From assembly GCF_006345805.1 (NCBI RefSeq), contig NC_042999.1:167772001-167836000 (forward strand): DNA of 64,000 bases, read 5' to 3'. Made by a program: the position numbers and the translations under genes. Source of the DNA: Octopus sinensis. Its lineage: Eukaryota. Positions 1 through 11,546 of the stretch are shown here, piece by piece (positions within the stretch are counted from its first letter, which is position 1; the number at the start of each line of letters is the position of its first letter). Below the pieces are notes generated by a model. It was given only the letters and a program-made list of their open reading frames with translations. It did no database searches and had not been told where the DNA came from.

Positions 1-513
1 GACGTTGTAAGAATCCAACAAGGCCACAGACTATCAAATATTCCTAATTATTTCGCCATACTTTTTTCCCCTCTTATTTCTTTAATATCTCACAGTAAAA
101 AAGATGCAAAAGAACATCCATTATTTGTCTTTAAGAACAGTTTTGATAGTTTGGATTCTTACTGAAATATATATATATATAGTTATTGAGAATATTTACC
201 AAATGAAATAGTTCGTTAGCAGCTTACAAGTGAATTATAAGATTTTCTTTCAAAGACAAGCCAATCGCCCTCCACCTCCAAATATCTATCGGACTTGGCT
301 GTTTCGAAAATAGCTGACAAGGAATCTTACTTTCTACAGATAACTACATAGCTTAGTGCTCTCGGCTTTTTTGTTATTCTTTCAAGGACGATAGAATATC
401 CATTTCAAATTAAACTCATATTTAGCGCTTCAGACAGTCTCTTGCAAATATATCTGCAGCGGTGCCGTAGTTCATTTGCTATTAGATACTTTATGATGTT
501 GATGTTAAGTGAT

Positions 514-560
514 ACTCACCATTTCGCTGCTTCTTTGCCAATTTACTTTCAACTTCTCAT
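514..560 (-). other. Candidate first exon of a host gene: 5'UTR, ATG (520-522) and an immediate splice donor; the gene would continue left of the window
   Basis: Minus strand reads ...GGCAAAGAAGCAGCGAA ATG|GTGAGT: purine at -3 and a perfect GTGAGT donor (514-519), in unique CpG-retaining sequence. No transcript evidence. Confidence 0.35.
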
Positions 561-631
561 TTACTCTTTTACAAATATCAAAACAATTTTCTCTCTTTTT
601 TTTTTTTTTTAAATGATTAAATAGAAATATC

Positions 632-2078
632 GGGGTTAATGCAGTTTCGCACCTCTATTTGAAAATTAATTTAAAAAAAAAAAATTTCTCGGATTCCTAC
701 GTTTTAGATGTTGGAGATTACGGATTATGCGAAAAAACATTTTTTAACCGCAACCCTTAAAATTTGTAACTTTTGTCGAAGAATTTGTTTCCCTACGTTT
801 TCGATGACGGAGATTCCGAATATGCAAGAAACCAGGTTCACAAAATTTTAGATTCAACAGTAACACCGTCTTCTACAGGACCGCCACATTTAGTTGACAA
901 ATGTATTTTATGAATAGACGGACAGGGATAAATAGACAGATAAATAAATAAATTTAAAATTGGGGGAGAGGGTGAAATTTGAGCCCCTTATTAAACATTA
1001 ATGTTTGTTTCTCATAAAATGGCGCATATTGTTACATTGAGTTCATATTTATACAAGTAAAAGGCAAATTCTTTTCACTTTAATGTTTTTATCTGTATTT
1101 AATTTCGTGGATCTTTTCCTTTTGAACGGCACATGTCAACACAATTTCTAGTTAACTAAACACTTTTAAACTTCGTATACTGGTAGAATGTGTTTATAAA
1201 ACATCATTTTTTTCTTGGCTTTATTGAGAAATTTCTATAGTTTGTAAGATAGGTCGTCTGAAATTTCGAGCATTTCAGCAATTTTAACCAATCGCTGACC
1301 TCCATTTGGTGTGAAAACATTCCGTGCTGTATGAATATGTCCCTCGTTTAAGAAACAGATTGGGTTTATTTACATTTGCGAAGAAAAAAAGATACCCTAA
1401 CTCTAAAATAGATTGAAATGCAATAGATTGATACTAGGGTTATAATTATGGGTGACATTTTCATTTGACACAGCTAGAAAAAAATCCCATTTTCCATAGC
1501 GGTGTCATATGAAATTGTCACCCATAATTATAACCCTAGTAACGATCTATTGCATTTCAATCTATTTTAGATTTAGGGGTGGAGGAAGGGTATCTTTTTT
1601 TCTTCACAAATGTAAATAAACCCAATCTGTTTCTTAAATGAGGGACATATTCATACAGCACGGAAGGTTTTCATCCCAAATGGAGGTCAGTGATTGGTTA
1701 AAATTGCCGAAATGCTTGAAATTAAAGTGGAAATATGTTACAACATATAGAATTTTCTCAATAAAGCCAAGAAAAAATGATGTTTTATAAACACATTCTA
1801 CCAGTATACGAAGTTTAAAAGTGTTTAGTTAACTAGAAATTGTGTTGACATGTGCCGTTCAAAAGGAAAAGATCCAATTTCGTTTTTCATATATTTGTCA
1901 ATTCACTACAATCTCTTAAAAGTAAACAAAATCAAAAATTTAAACGGGGGAGTGGGGTGAAATTAAAATATTTTTTTTTTGCTTATTTGTAATCTCTGAC
2001 ATCTAAAACGTAGCAATCCGGAAAAAAAATTGTTTTCAATGCATTTTTCAAGGAGAGGTTTGAAACTGCATTAACCCC
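632..2078. mobile_element. Non-autonomous TIR element (GG termini, 8-bp TSD; Merlin-like) that hosts a nested MITE
   Basis: Ends GGGGTTAATGCAGTTTC...GAAACTGCATTAACCCC with about 100 bp of imperfect TIR; flanks gaaatatc (624-631) and aaaatatc (2079-2086). Confidence 0.75.
1109..1875. mobile_element. Almost fully palindromic MITE (GGATC family), probably Merlin-type
   Basis: GGATCTTTTCCTTTTGAACGGC...GCCGTTCAAAAGGAAAAGATCC; arms about 360 bp; perfect 8-bp TSD aatttcgt (1101-1108 and 1876-1883). Confidence 0.9.
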
Positions 2079-2233
2079 AAAATATCTTTTATGGAATACA
2101 TATTTTCATCATTTTTCTAATGGAACATGTTTTTACTCAGCTATACCTACATCCACATTTATACTATGCAAGTTGTAACTCTAAATGATGGGAGAAGGGC
2201 TAAACTAGGTAAAATTTTCATGATAAATGTTAA

Positions 2234-2453
2234 CCCTTTCGTTACCAACCCGGCTGAAACCGGCCCTAGCTCTGAGTACAAATGTCTTGTTTTCATAAGT
2301 TTTGAATTAAAATCTTCCACCAAACTTTAGTCACAATTTATGTTCCTAACACTAGCTTAATGATAACTAAGTTATTCTACTAAATTCTTTGTTATATTTA
2401 AAGTAATTGAAAGCAACACAGAGCATCTCAAAATAAATACAGTAATGAAAGGG
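2234..2453. mobile_element. piggyBac-type MITE (family P1)
   Basis: TTAA|CCCTTTCGTTAC...GTAATGAAAGGG|TTAA; reverse-oriented copy at 33942-34162. Confidence 0.8.
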
Positions 2454-2499
2454 TTAAGGGATGAAATAAATTCTCAATAAAGACAGTTAAATGTGTTTT

Positions 2500-2690
2500 A
2501 CAATTGTTTAGCTTCAGCGGATCTTAAGGGTTCTCTTGCCATGACCTTTTTTTTTTTTTATTTCTCATACAATGGTCATGTATCTAGGATGACATTACCT
2601 TATCTGACCTTCCCTCTATAAGACAGAAAGGTTAGATATTAAGCAGATTTGGTTGCTTTTCCTAGCGGGTCAAGCAACCGCATAGAGCAA
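2500..2690. repeat. Old dispersed repeat (gatttggctgctatttctagc... family); diverged copies near 3950-4150, 18350-18480, 18910-19070, 27890-27990, 31770-31960, 41120-41190, 46870-47060 and 53650-53840
   Basis: Recurrent degenerate motifs such as gagatttggctgttatttttagtag and its reverse complement; class unresolved. Confidence 0.5.
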
Positions 2691-4541
2691 TGGTTCTTAC
2701 CGGAGGTGTTTCATACTCTCTGGGAATACAGGATGCGATTTCATGTATCGCTTACTCTAAATAAATATCACAAAATCTTTATGATATTCTTTCCTGTGCC
2801 AGTTCATAAGTAAAATAGAACCAAACCATTTGCATCGTTTGAAGTTTATATTAGCACCTTGTAAGACTGATAACAATGATGATTTCCACTGTAGCAGAGA
2901 GAGCATGTGTACGTATTGGGTAATCTTTTAATGGGAGTTGATCGGAAATCGAAAGCAGGTTAAATAACCTATGCCATAGAAAGTCTCTAACTTGTAATAA
3001 TAAACTTATGGCTGCATTGGTATCTTCCAGTACAGTAAGATTATGCGCCAACAGTTGAGAAGCTATCTTTCTAATTTTGTAGCAAAAAGATTTCAGGTAA
3101 AAAACGTTTTTCAATATTCCCTCTTTACTTCATTGGCATTCATTAGAGTGCTACGAAATGTCATGCAGTATTTATTCTGATACCTTGCATTCTGAATTCA
3201 GATCCTATTAAGGTCAAATCTGCCTTTCATCTTTCCAGTATTGATGAATAAAGTACAGCTTCAGAATGGTGGACTGGAAGAAACATTAAGGAATCGGATG
3301 AGATGCCATGCTATAGGTGTTCCGACTTATTGCATTTTTGGCTGGAGAAGTCCTCAGGATCTCTTACACAGCCTCTCCTATTGGAGGCTCTATACAGGGC
3401 TGTTAATATTGCCTCGGTTCATTCTCCTGATCAAGTAGTGACCTAATCTGGGCGAGACTTTGACGCACCACCTGGTACTAAGGAGCCTTCAGTAAAGTCC
3501 ACGCTGCTTAAAAAGTATTCAAGCCGGGTTTCTGGTTTGAGGATACCTTCTACTGTCCCTTGATGACTCTGTAAAGGGTCACTGACACTGTTCTTCCTGA
3601 CTAAGCAATAAAAAAGTAAAAGTAACTTTTAAAATAATCTACAAAAAATTTCAAGAATTCTTAGCTGTTTTAAACCACTTGATTAAGTTCTAGTTGAAAA
3701 GTTCAATATATTGATTCAGAAAGATAATTTGGAAAGAATCCAGATAATAAACCATATAAAACTGTAGCCATTCTTCAGTTGAACACAATTTTTATGGTCA
3801 GAGTAACATATTGATACCATGTTGATAACTAGGATGTGGAGCTTTTAAAACCCACAAGTAAAGGTGTCTGGTTGGGTCAACTTTGTTGTATAACCAGTGT
3901 TGTCAATATGACCATCCTCTCCTTAATGTAAGGCTTTCAGATTTTAAAATGTTAGGGCTCATAGCGTCAGGTCAGCTCTGAATGAGCAGATTCATGATGA
4001 AGGGCATTTCAACTATGGCTATCCAACTTATTTCTAGATTGTGTATCCAAGACTACCTTAAGAAATGTGTCTTGCTCTGTTCAGACAGTAGAATGTACTT
4101 GAGGGAGATTTGGCTGTTATTTTTAGTAGATTAAGTGACCATTTAGAAATTATGCATGTGGTATGTAGGGAAGACTATAACAAATTATAATTGTCCCCTA
4201 GGTAGATACTGAAAGGGTTTTTGATAACTGGTACTTACCTCTGATTTTAGAATGTGAAGTGGTTGAGAGTTGAATACTAGCTTATCACAGACATACTATT
4301 CCTACCGAAATGACTTGGTACTTAGGACTTTTATTAGAAGTCCATTCACATCTATGTCACATTATAATAAGAATATAAACCATAGTACATGGCTGATACT
4401 TTATGTTATCAACACCAGAAAGAAGGAAATCAAAGATTTCAGAATGTGAAGGGTCATAACAAAATATAGCTTAATGATCTTGGTAATTAACCCATCAAAA
4501 AGCACTGCAGTACAAACATGATAGTGTGAAACAAAGGGTAA

Positions 4542-4754
4542 GCCTTTAGCATTTTAACCAGTCATATCTGGCCAAAACATTCTACCTGTTTTATGTTCAA
4601 ACTAGCCATACCTGATCTCTCACACCTACCTTACGATGTCATTCTAAAAGTAAATAATCACATCATCAAAATCTCAAAGCCACAAGATAATGCAAGATCA
4701 ATTCAAAACAATGTGAATAAATAGATGTTTCAGAGTAATCGCAATGCTAAAGGG
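4542..4754. mobile_element. piggyBac-type MITE (family P2); other copies near 13330-13433, 26290-27140 (interrupted), 29092-29355, 45290-45439 and 46366-46574
   Basis: Ends (C)CCTTTAGCATT...AATGCTAAAGGG|TTAA with a shared internal sequence (ctcacacctaccytacaatgtcattct). Confidence 0.7.
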
Positions 4755-5215
4755 TTAATATGATATAATCTTTTTCAGTTCTTCAGAATTTTTTTTTAGT
4801 TCAAATTTTGCATTTATTCCTATGGACTTGATAAATTAAATATTAAGTGATAGGTCTATCTATTTTTATTAAAAGATATTGGTGAAGTATGTGGCTGGAA
4901 TAGAGAACTTCAAAAAATTTCTAAACTTATGCCATATAAGTCCTGACATATTTTCTTGAATGACAAATAAATATTTGTTTAACATTTTGAAGTAAAACTT
5001 TATATTTTGATACTTTAACACTAAAAAGACATTTTGAGCCATGAAAAAAAACACAAACACTATGATACAAACAAAGGCATGGCTATGTGGTAAGAAGCTT
5101 GCTACCCAACCACATGGCAATAGGTTCAGTCCTGCTGCATGGCACCTTGGGCAAGTGCCTTCTACTATAGCCTAAGGCTGACCAAAGACTTGTGAGTAGA
5201 AATTGTAAGAAGCCC

Positions 5216-5250
<35 letters not shown>

Positions 5251-5251
5251 T

Positions 5252-5871
5252 GTGACAATTATTCGGTAGCCAAGATAATACTCTGAGTTTCGGATGCCGA
5301 GGTGGAAATCCACAACACCATCTCTTCGGTTATCTGGCAATCTGAAAAACACTATGAAAAAAGACCGTTATATAAAGGGAAATTACTGTGTTATAATTCC
5401 GCTACGTATATAAAAGCGCTAATTCGAATGACCGCTAATTAAGATAAGGTTAAGAGTTCATAGTAAACACGTAAGCATGCCTGTTCATACGTACACATGT
5501 GCGCTCATGCACCCACGTGCATACACATACATCACTATGAAAACGTACGCATCTTCACTCGCATTTTTTGCCAAATGTATATGCATATATATATATACTA
5601 ACTCATACACACACACACGCGCACATGTGTACGTATGAACAGGCATGCTTACGTGTTTACTATGAACTTTTCACCTTATCTTAATTAGCGGTCATTCGAA
5701 TTAGCGCTTTTGCATAAGTAGCGAAATTATAACACAGTAATTTCCCTTTATATAACGGTCTTTTTTCATAGCGTTTTTCAGATGGTCAGATAACCGAAGA
5801 GATGGTGGTGTGGATTTCCACCTCGGCATCTGAAACTCAGAGTTTTATCTTGGCTATTGAATAATTGTCAC
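5252..5871. mobile_element. Palindromic MITE with 9-bp TSD (Mutator/MULE-like)
   Basis: GTGACAATTATTC...GAATAATTGTCAC with arms about 250 bp; perfect TSD atattattt (5243-5251 and 5872-5880). Confidence 0.85.
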
Positions 5872-5939
5872 ATATTATTTTACAGATAAATTTCCTCTAT
5901 TTACATAATATTGAGGTCTCTTTCTTTCTTTTGTTATCT

Positions 5940-6523
5940 TTGCGAAGACATGTTGGGGAAAGCGAAATCGAAATTGAATTGAACCAGCCAGGGTCCCTGG
6001 TCTGGTGGTACGTAAAAAGCACTATCCGACTCGTGGCCGATGCCAGCGCCGCCTCCACTGGCTTCTGTGCCAGTGGCACGTAAAATACACCAATCCGACC
6101 ATACGACAGGCCAACCCATGCCAACCCCCCTTTGCTTGCGAAGACATGTTGGGGCAAGCGAAAGCGAAATCGAATTGAACCAGCCAGGATCCCTGGTCTG
6201 GTGGTACGTAAAAAGCACTATCCGACTCGTGGCCGATGCCAGCGCCGCCTCAACTGGCTTCCGTGCCGGTGGCACATAAAATACACCAATCCGACCGTGG
6301 CCGTTGCCAGCCTCACCTGGCACCTGTGCAGGTGGCACGTAAAAAGCACCCACTACACTCACGGAGTGGTTGGCATTAGGAAGGGCATCCAGCTGTAGAA
6401 ACATTGCCAGATAAGACTGGAGCCTGGTGCAGCCTTCTGGCATCCCAGATCCCCGGTCGAACCGTCCAACCCATGCTAGAATGGAGAACGGACGTTAAAC
6501 GATGATGATGATGATGATGATGA
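5940..6523 (+). mobile_element. Family D retroposon (SINE or RTE-like 3' end) with (GAT)n tail and an internal duplication of about 196 bp
   Basis: Ends ...ggacgttaaac(gat)n; tgcgaagacatgttgggg occurs at 5941 and 6137. Related pieces at 6985-7170, 9085-9260, 36730-36850, 50690-50920, 55965-56240, 57640-57800 and 61125-61460. Confidence 0.75.
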
Positions 6524-7794
6524 TAGATATATATTTATGATAGATATATATTTATGATGATGATGATAGATATATATTTATGTCTTTGTGTCTGTATTTG
6601 TTGCCCCATCACTACTTGACAACGGTGTTTGTGTGTTTATATCCTTGTAACTTAGCAGTTCTGCAAAGAGAGACCAGTAAAGTACCACGCTTAAAGAAAA
6701 AAAAACAAATCTTGGGGTCAATTTGTTTGACTAAAGCCCTTCAAGGTGGTGCACCAGCATGGTCGCAGTCAAATGACTGAAGTAAAAGAATATATATATA
6801 AGTATATCTGTGTAATTAAAAGGTTACTTCTAAACCATGTGACTTGAGGTTCAGTTCCACTGTGTGACACCTTGGGTAAGTGTCATCTACTATATAGCTC
6901 TGGGCCAACAAAAACCTTGTGAGTAGATTTGAGGGACCTAATGGAAAAAAAAACTGTTGTATGTGTGGATGGGTGTATGTATGTTATCATCATCATCATT
7001 TAGCATCTGTTTCCCATGCTGGTATAGGTTGGATGGTTTGACAGGAGCTGACTAGCTAAAGATCTGCCCAGATTCCAATAATCTGTTTTGGCATGGTTTC
7101 TATGGCTTGGTGCCCATCCTACCATCAACCCTTTACAGAGTGTACTGGGTGCTTTTTATGTGGCACCTAATAGACTCTGTACAAGAAGAGTGGTGACAGT
7201 GATAACAAAGTTTCAGCTTGCTTGCCCTCATCTGGTGATATACTCTACAAAATGTATTGAGTATTCCTACAGTTTCAAGTAAAATTGTTTCTATTATAGC
7301 TCAACGTAAAAGGAAACAAGTACTTATAGTCATGGTCTGGCAATTCAGTTTGCCTCCAATTCGTTTCATGATTTTGACAAGCCACAAAATTGGTGAAACA
7401 CTGATGTCCATCGCTCCTGAATGGGATTTGGGGTGAAGTGTCTCACATGTCTATGACGTTTAGTTGTTTTAACACAAAGCACTTTGATGGGGTCGTTTCC
7501 ACTGCACCAGATTGCAAACAAATATATTCTGCCAGCAAACAAGCAATGCATATACACTGAGTATGTGCTTGACAACCATTCGTTGGTGTGTTTACATCTC
7601 CTGTAACTTAGCGGTTTGGCAAAGGAAACTGATAGAATAAATGCCAGGCTTAAATAGAAAATATGTGCTGGGGTTGATTTGTTTGACTAAAATTCCTCAA
7701 GACAGTGCCCCAGCATGGCTGCAGTCCAGTGACTGAAACAAGTAAAAGAATAAATATTGTGTGTGTGTATAGATTGATCGGTGCTAGAATAGTA

Positions 7795-9061
7795 TGCTGT
7801 CTACCAGTGTCAAACAGTATAACCAGAGTTATCTACCTTATAAACTACTCGTTATCACCTCACCTCACCTTTCCACTTGCAGTTTACCTTACATTGAAAT
7901 GTCACTGAAAGATTTTTAGACACATGTCACCTTGACAGAGGAAACAACAATTAGATTTTTACAAGATTACAATCTGCTTGATACGCAACAAGAAGCGGAT
8001 CCCTGCCATTCATGTGGTGTTCTCATGCAGGAAAAACGAAAGCATGACAGAGAAGGATAATTCAGGTCTGTACTTCATTGTCCTCGAAAGGAGTGTCAAA
8101 CTTTACGTTCAGTTCATAAGGGAAGTCAATTTTTCCATTATACGGACATTAACAACAAACTAAACTGCAAGCTGAGCTTGAGTGAGATTTTAGAGCTAAT
8201 ATTTTTCTTTGTCATGGATAGACCCATGACCACAGCAGTGACTCTAACAGGAAAATCTAAAAATACAATAACTGACTGGTACGATATGTGCCGCATGGTG
8301 TGTGGGGCCATAGTTTATCATGAACGATGAGGGAAGATGGTTGGAACAAACGATAACCCCATTCAAATCGACGAAGCAAGATTTGCTGGTCAACAAAAAT
8401 ACAATTGAGGAAGAATGCTGAATAGCAACAATGGACCTCTCTTCAAAGATAGTGACACAGAACAACTAAACAACAGGAACCATGGACCTAGAATTGATGG
8501 GCCATGGGGTTTTGGTTTCAAACAAGGTTCAGACTGTTGATGCTTTTGAGTTGAATGGCATGACAGGAGCAGTCTGAGAGAATGTGAAAAAGATTCAGTA
8601 ATTCATTCAGATGAGTGGCACACTTCTAATAATCTAAATGTCATAGGTTATCGCCATCTGACAGTGAACCCTCAACAACACTATGATAGATCCAGTGACC
8701 GGAGCACACAGTCAGGCCATTGATCAATCATGGTTAGATACTAAAACTATGATTATGAAAAAATGAGAAGCATTGGTACTCTGCTTTTCCAGTCACATCT
8801 TGATCAATTCTGCTGGAAAATGATGAGGAAAAACTCAGATGATTTCGTTCCTTAATGACATAAGAATTGTTTATCATTAAAATGGATTGTCTTGATTTAT
8901 CTGTGTAATTCCTTTATCATATAAGATTCGATTCTTCTTATTTGTGTAATTCCTTTATAATATATGAAGTGTTTTACCTCTGAAATATCTGAAGTGTTTT
9001 AATATCTGAAAGATAAGGTAGATAACCCTGGCTATACTGTTTGACACCATGGTAGACTGCC
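7795..9061 (+). mobile_element. Merlin (IS1595/ISXO2-like) DNA transposon, decayed autonomous copy
   Basis: Imperfect TIRs of about 47 bp (tgctgtctaccagtgtcaaacagtataaccagagttatctacctta at 7795-7840; reverse complement at 9014-9061, ending ...agactgcc) bracket a transposase remnant. No TSD retained. Confidence 0.85.
7899..8880 (+). pseudogene. Merlin transposase pseudogene (stops and frameshifts)
   Basis: Manual translation gives an N-terminal CHSC...CPRKEC zinc ribbon, then TITDWYDMCRMVC, IQIDEARFAGQQKYN*GR, GPWGFG, IHSDEW, HLTVNP..Y-DPVTGAHSQAIDQSW, which is the ISXO2/Merlin DDE motif series. Confidence 0.88.
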
Positions 9062-9255
9062 AGTTCTGACTGAGTATTCATTTCTTCATCATCATCATCG
9101 TCACTTAATGTCCACTTTCCATGCTAGCACGGATTGGACGGTTCAACTGGGGTCTGGGAAGCCAGAAGGCTGCACCAGGCCCAGTCTGATCTGGCAGTGT
9201 TTCTACAACTGGATGCCCTTCCTAACGCCAACCACTCCGTGAGTGTAGTGGGTGC

Positions 9256-9297
<42 letters not shown>

Positions 9298-9298
<1 letters not shown>

Positions 9299-9805
9299 GA
9301 CAGCAGTCTTTCAGTTTCCGTTTACCAAATCCACTCACAAGGCTTTGGTTGGCCCAAGGCTATAGTAGAAGACAGTTGCCCAGGGTGCCACGTAGTGGGA
9401 CTGAACACGGAATCATGTGGTTGGTAAGCAAGCTACTTACCACACTTACCTGCGCCTATATATATATATATCATCATATACATGTGTGTTTGTACAACAG
9501 GCTTCTTTCAGTTTCTTTCTATCAAATCCACTCACAGGGCCTTGGTCAGCTCAAGGCTATAGGAGAAGACACTTGCCCAAGGTGCCACATATTGGAACTG
9601 AACCCAGAACCATGTGGTTGGGAAGCAAACTTCTTAACACACAGCCATGCCTATGTATTACTCTTTAACCTGTTTCAGTCATTTGACTGTGGCCATGCTG
9701 GAGCACCACCTTTTAGTCAAGCAAATCGACCCCAGGACTTATTCTTTGTAAGCCTAGTACTTATTCTATCGGTCTCTTTTGCCAAACTGCTAAGTTACAG
9801 GGACG
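9298..9805 (-). mobile_element. Cluster of family A SINE fragments (two heads, one tail)
   Basis: Reverse-complement matches to the family A head (9298-9457, 9495-9655) and tail (9660-9805). Confidence 0.75.
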
Positions 9806-10044
9806 ACTGGGATTTGAAGTCAAGACACAAAGTGATATATCCAAATACTACAAGGTATTTTGTTTGGTGCTTTACATTTACTAGTTCTACCATTCACCTA
9901 CCACCATCACCACCACCACCACCATCCTCATGATTATTTTACACCCATTCTCTGTGCTGGCCTAAGATGTACAGGGCTCACACCATTTCTGGCACCCTTT
10001 ATCTACTGATATCAATCAAAGACAAAACATCAGGTCCCACACAT

Positions 10045-10066
10045 GCACACACACACACACACACAC

Positions 10067-10144
<78 letters not shown>

Positions 10145-10175
10145 CAAACAAACACACACACACACACACATACAC

Positions 10176-10212
<37 letters not shown>
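10045..10212. repeat. (CA)n microsatellite
   Basis: Seen directly; explains the HT/VC ORFs. Confidence 0.97.
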
Positions 10213-10215
<3 letters not shown>

Positions 10216-11241
10216 GTAATTGAATTCATATAAAGTACAGATGAAAGTTTAATTATTAAAGTTATATTAAGAGAATTTCTATATGAAATTTTTTCTTCAT
10301 TTTGTTATGTCTTAACTTAATTAGATTTTAAAATAATCAGCTCCATTGAAAATCTTCCTTTCCTCATTCATTGACTTTATTGATGAACAATATTTATAAG
10401 AAAACTGAATTTATCAACTAATAAGTAAGTTAGAGGTGGTTTGGCCATCTTTAATTTATAATTTATAACCATCTGCCATCAAATCTTGCTAGTCTATTAT
10501 AGAGACTTGAAATCAATAAACTGTTACAAGCATGGATTTAGTGAACAAGATAAAGTCTATAGAAATGAAATAAATGAAGTGGAACCTAAAGTAATAGGGT
10601 CATTAAAGATGTTAGAATTCCTCTTGATAAGAGCAAAGTGGCGGTAGTTTGGGCAGGGGAACCGCAGAAAGTAGAACAGCAGCTGGCAAATCAAATCTCT
10701 TGGAAATCAGCTTTCTTAGGAATAATTCAGAAAGAAAGGTTTTTCAAATGTTTTCTTTACTCTTTCTTCCTTCTTCTTTCTTTCTTTCTTTCTTGGTCTC
10801 TCGTTTTCCTTTCTTATATCTCTTTCCACATACTCCCTTCTCTAATACCCCTTTCTCTCTCTCTCTCTCATAATTTGGATTACATTCATTCCTTAGTAAT
10901 TTTTTTTCACCACATTGCCTTCAGAAATACCTCTCGTGGCAATGTGGAAAGGTTTGATGAGAAAAATCAGACTAGAGTTTTGTAAGTACTAAAAGAGCAT
11001 TTTCAGAAAATGGATAAAAGATATCAGTTGTAATAGAATTAAATAAAATGAAAATGACAAGCAAAAAAAAAAAAAAGTGAGAAAGGAAGGAAGGGAAATG
11101 TAATGATACTATTTTACTTGTTTCAGTCATTGGACCATAGTCATACTAAAGCACCACTTTGAAGGATTCAGTTGGGAAAAAAATCAACCATAATACTTTT
11201 TTTTTTTTATAAGCAGTGAAGGACAAACACACACACACACA

Positions 11242-11423
11242 TGAGGGGGTGATGAAAAATTCCTCGCTTTAAGGGTATCGCAAAAGGCCTAGTTGGAAGC
11301 CCAATCTTCCAAGTTCCTTTACAAGGCTGCGAAAAGAAGGACCACTGCAATAAGTGTGTGAATATGAGTAACTGATCCTCCTATATTTTCTTCTAACCAA
11401 AGCCAGAAACTTTTCAACACCCC

Positions 11424-11427
<4 letters not shown>
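11242..11427. mobile_element. mariner-type MITE
   Basis: TGAGGGGGTGATGAAAAATTCCTCGCTTT...AAAGCCAGAAACTTTTCAACACCCCCTCA|TA; mariner-like TIR with a TA flank. Confidence 0.7.
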
Positions 11428-11496
<69 letters not shown>

Positions 11497-11546
11497 GTAT
11501 ATGTATATATATATATAATATATATATATATATTATATATATATAT

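Larger units (their letters stand above)
5075..6790 (+). mobile_element. Family A SINE split by nested insertions (head about 5075-5240, tail about 6570-6790)
   Basis: Head and tail both match the intact family A copies; a MITE and a family D element sit in the central (TA)n tract. Confidence 0.6.

Noticed and set aside
2851-3114. 87-aa ORF (and similar unique short ORFs at 41221 and 53163)
   Set aside because: No recognisable domain and no clear splice structure.
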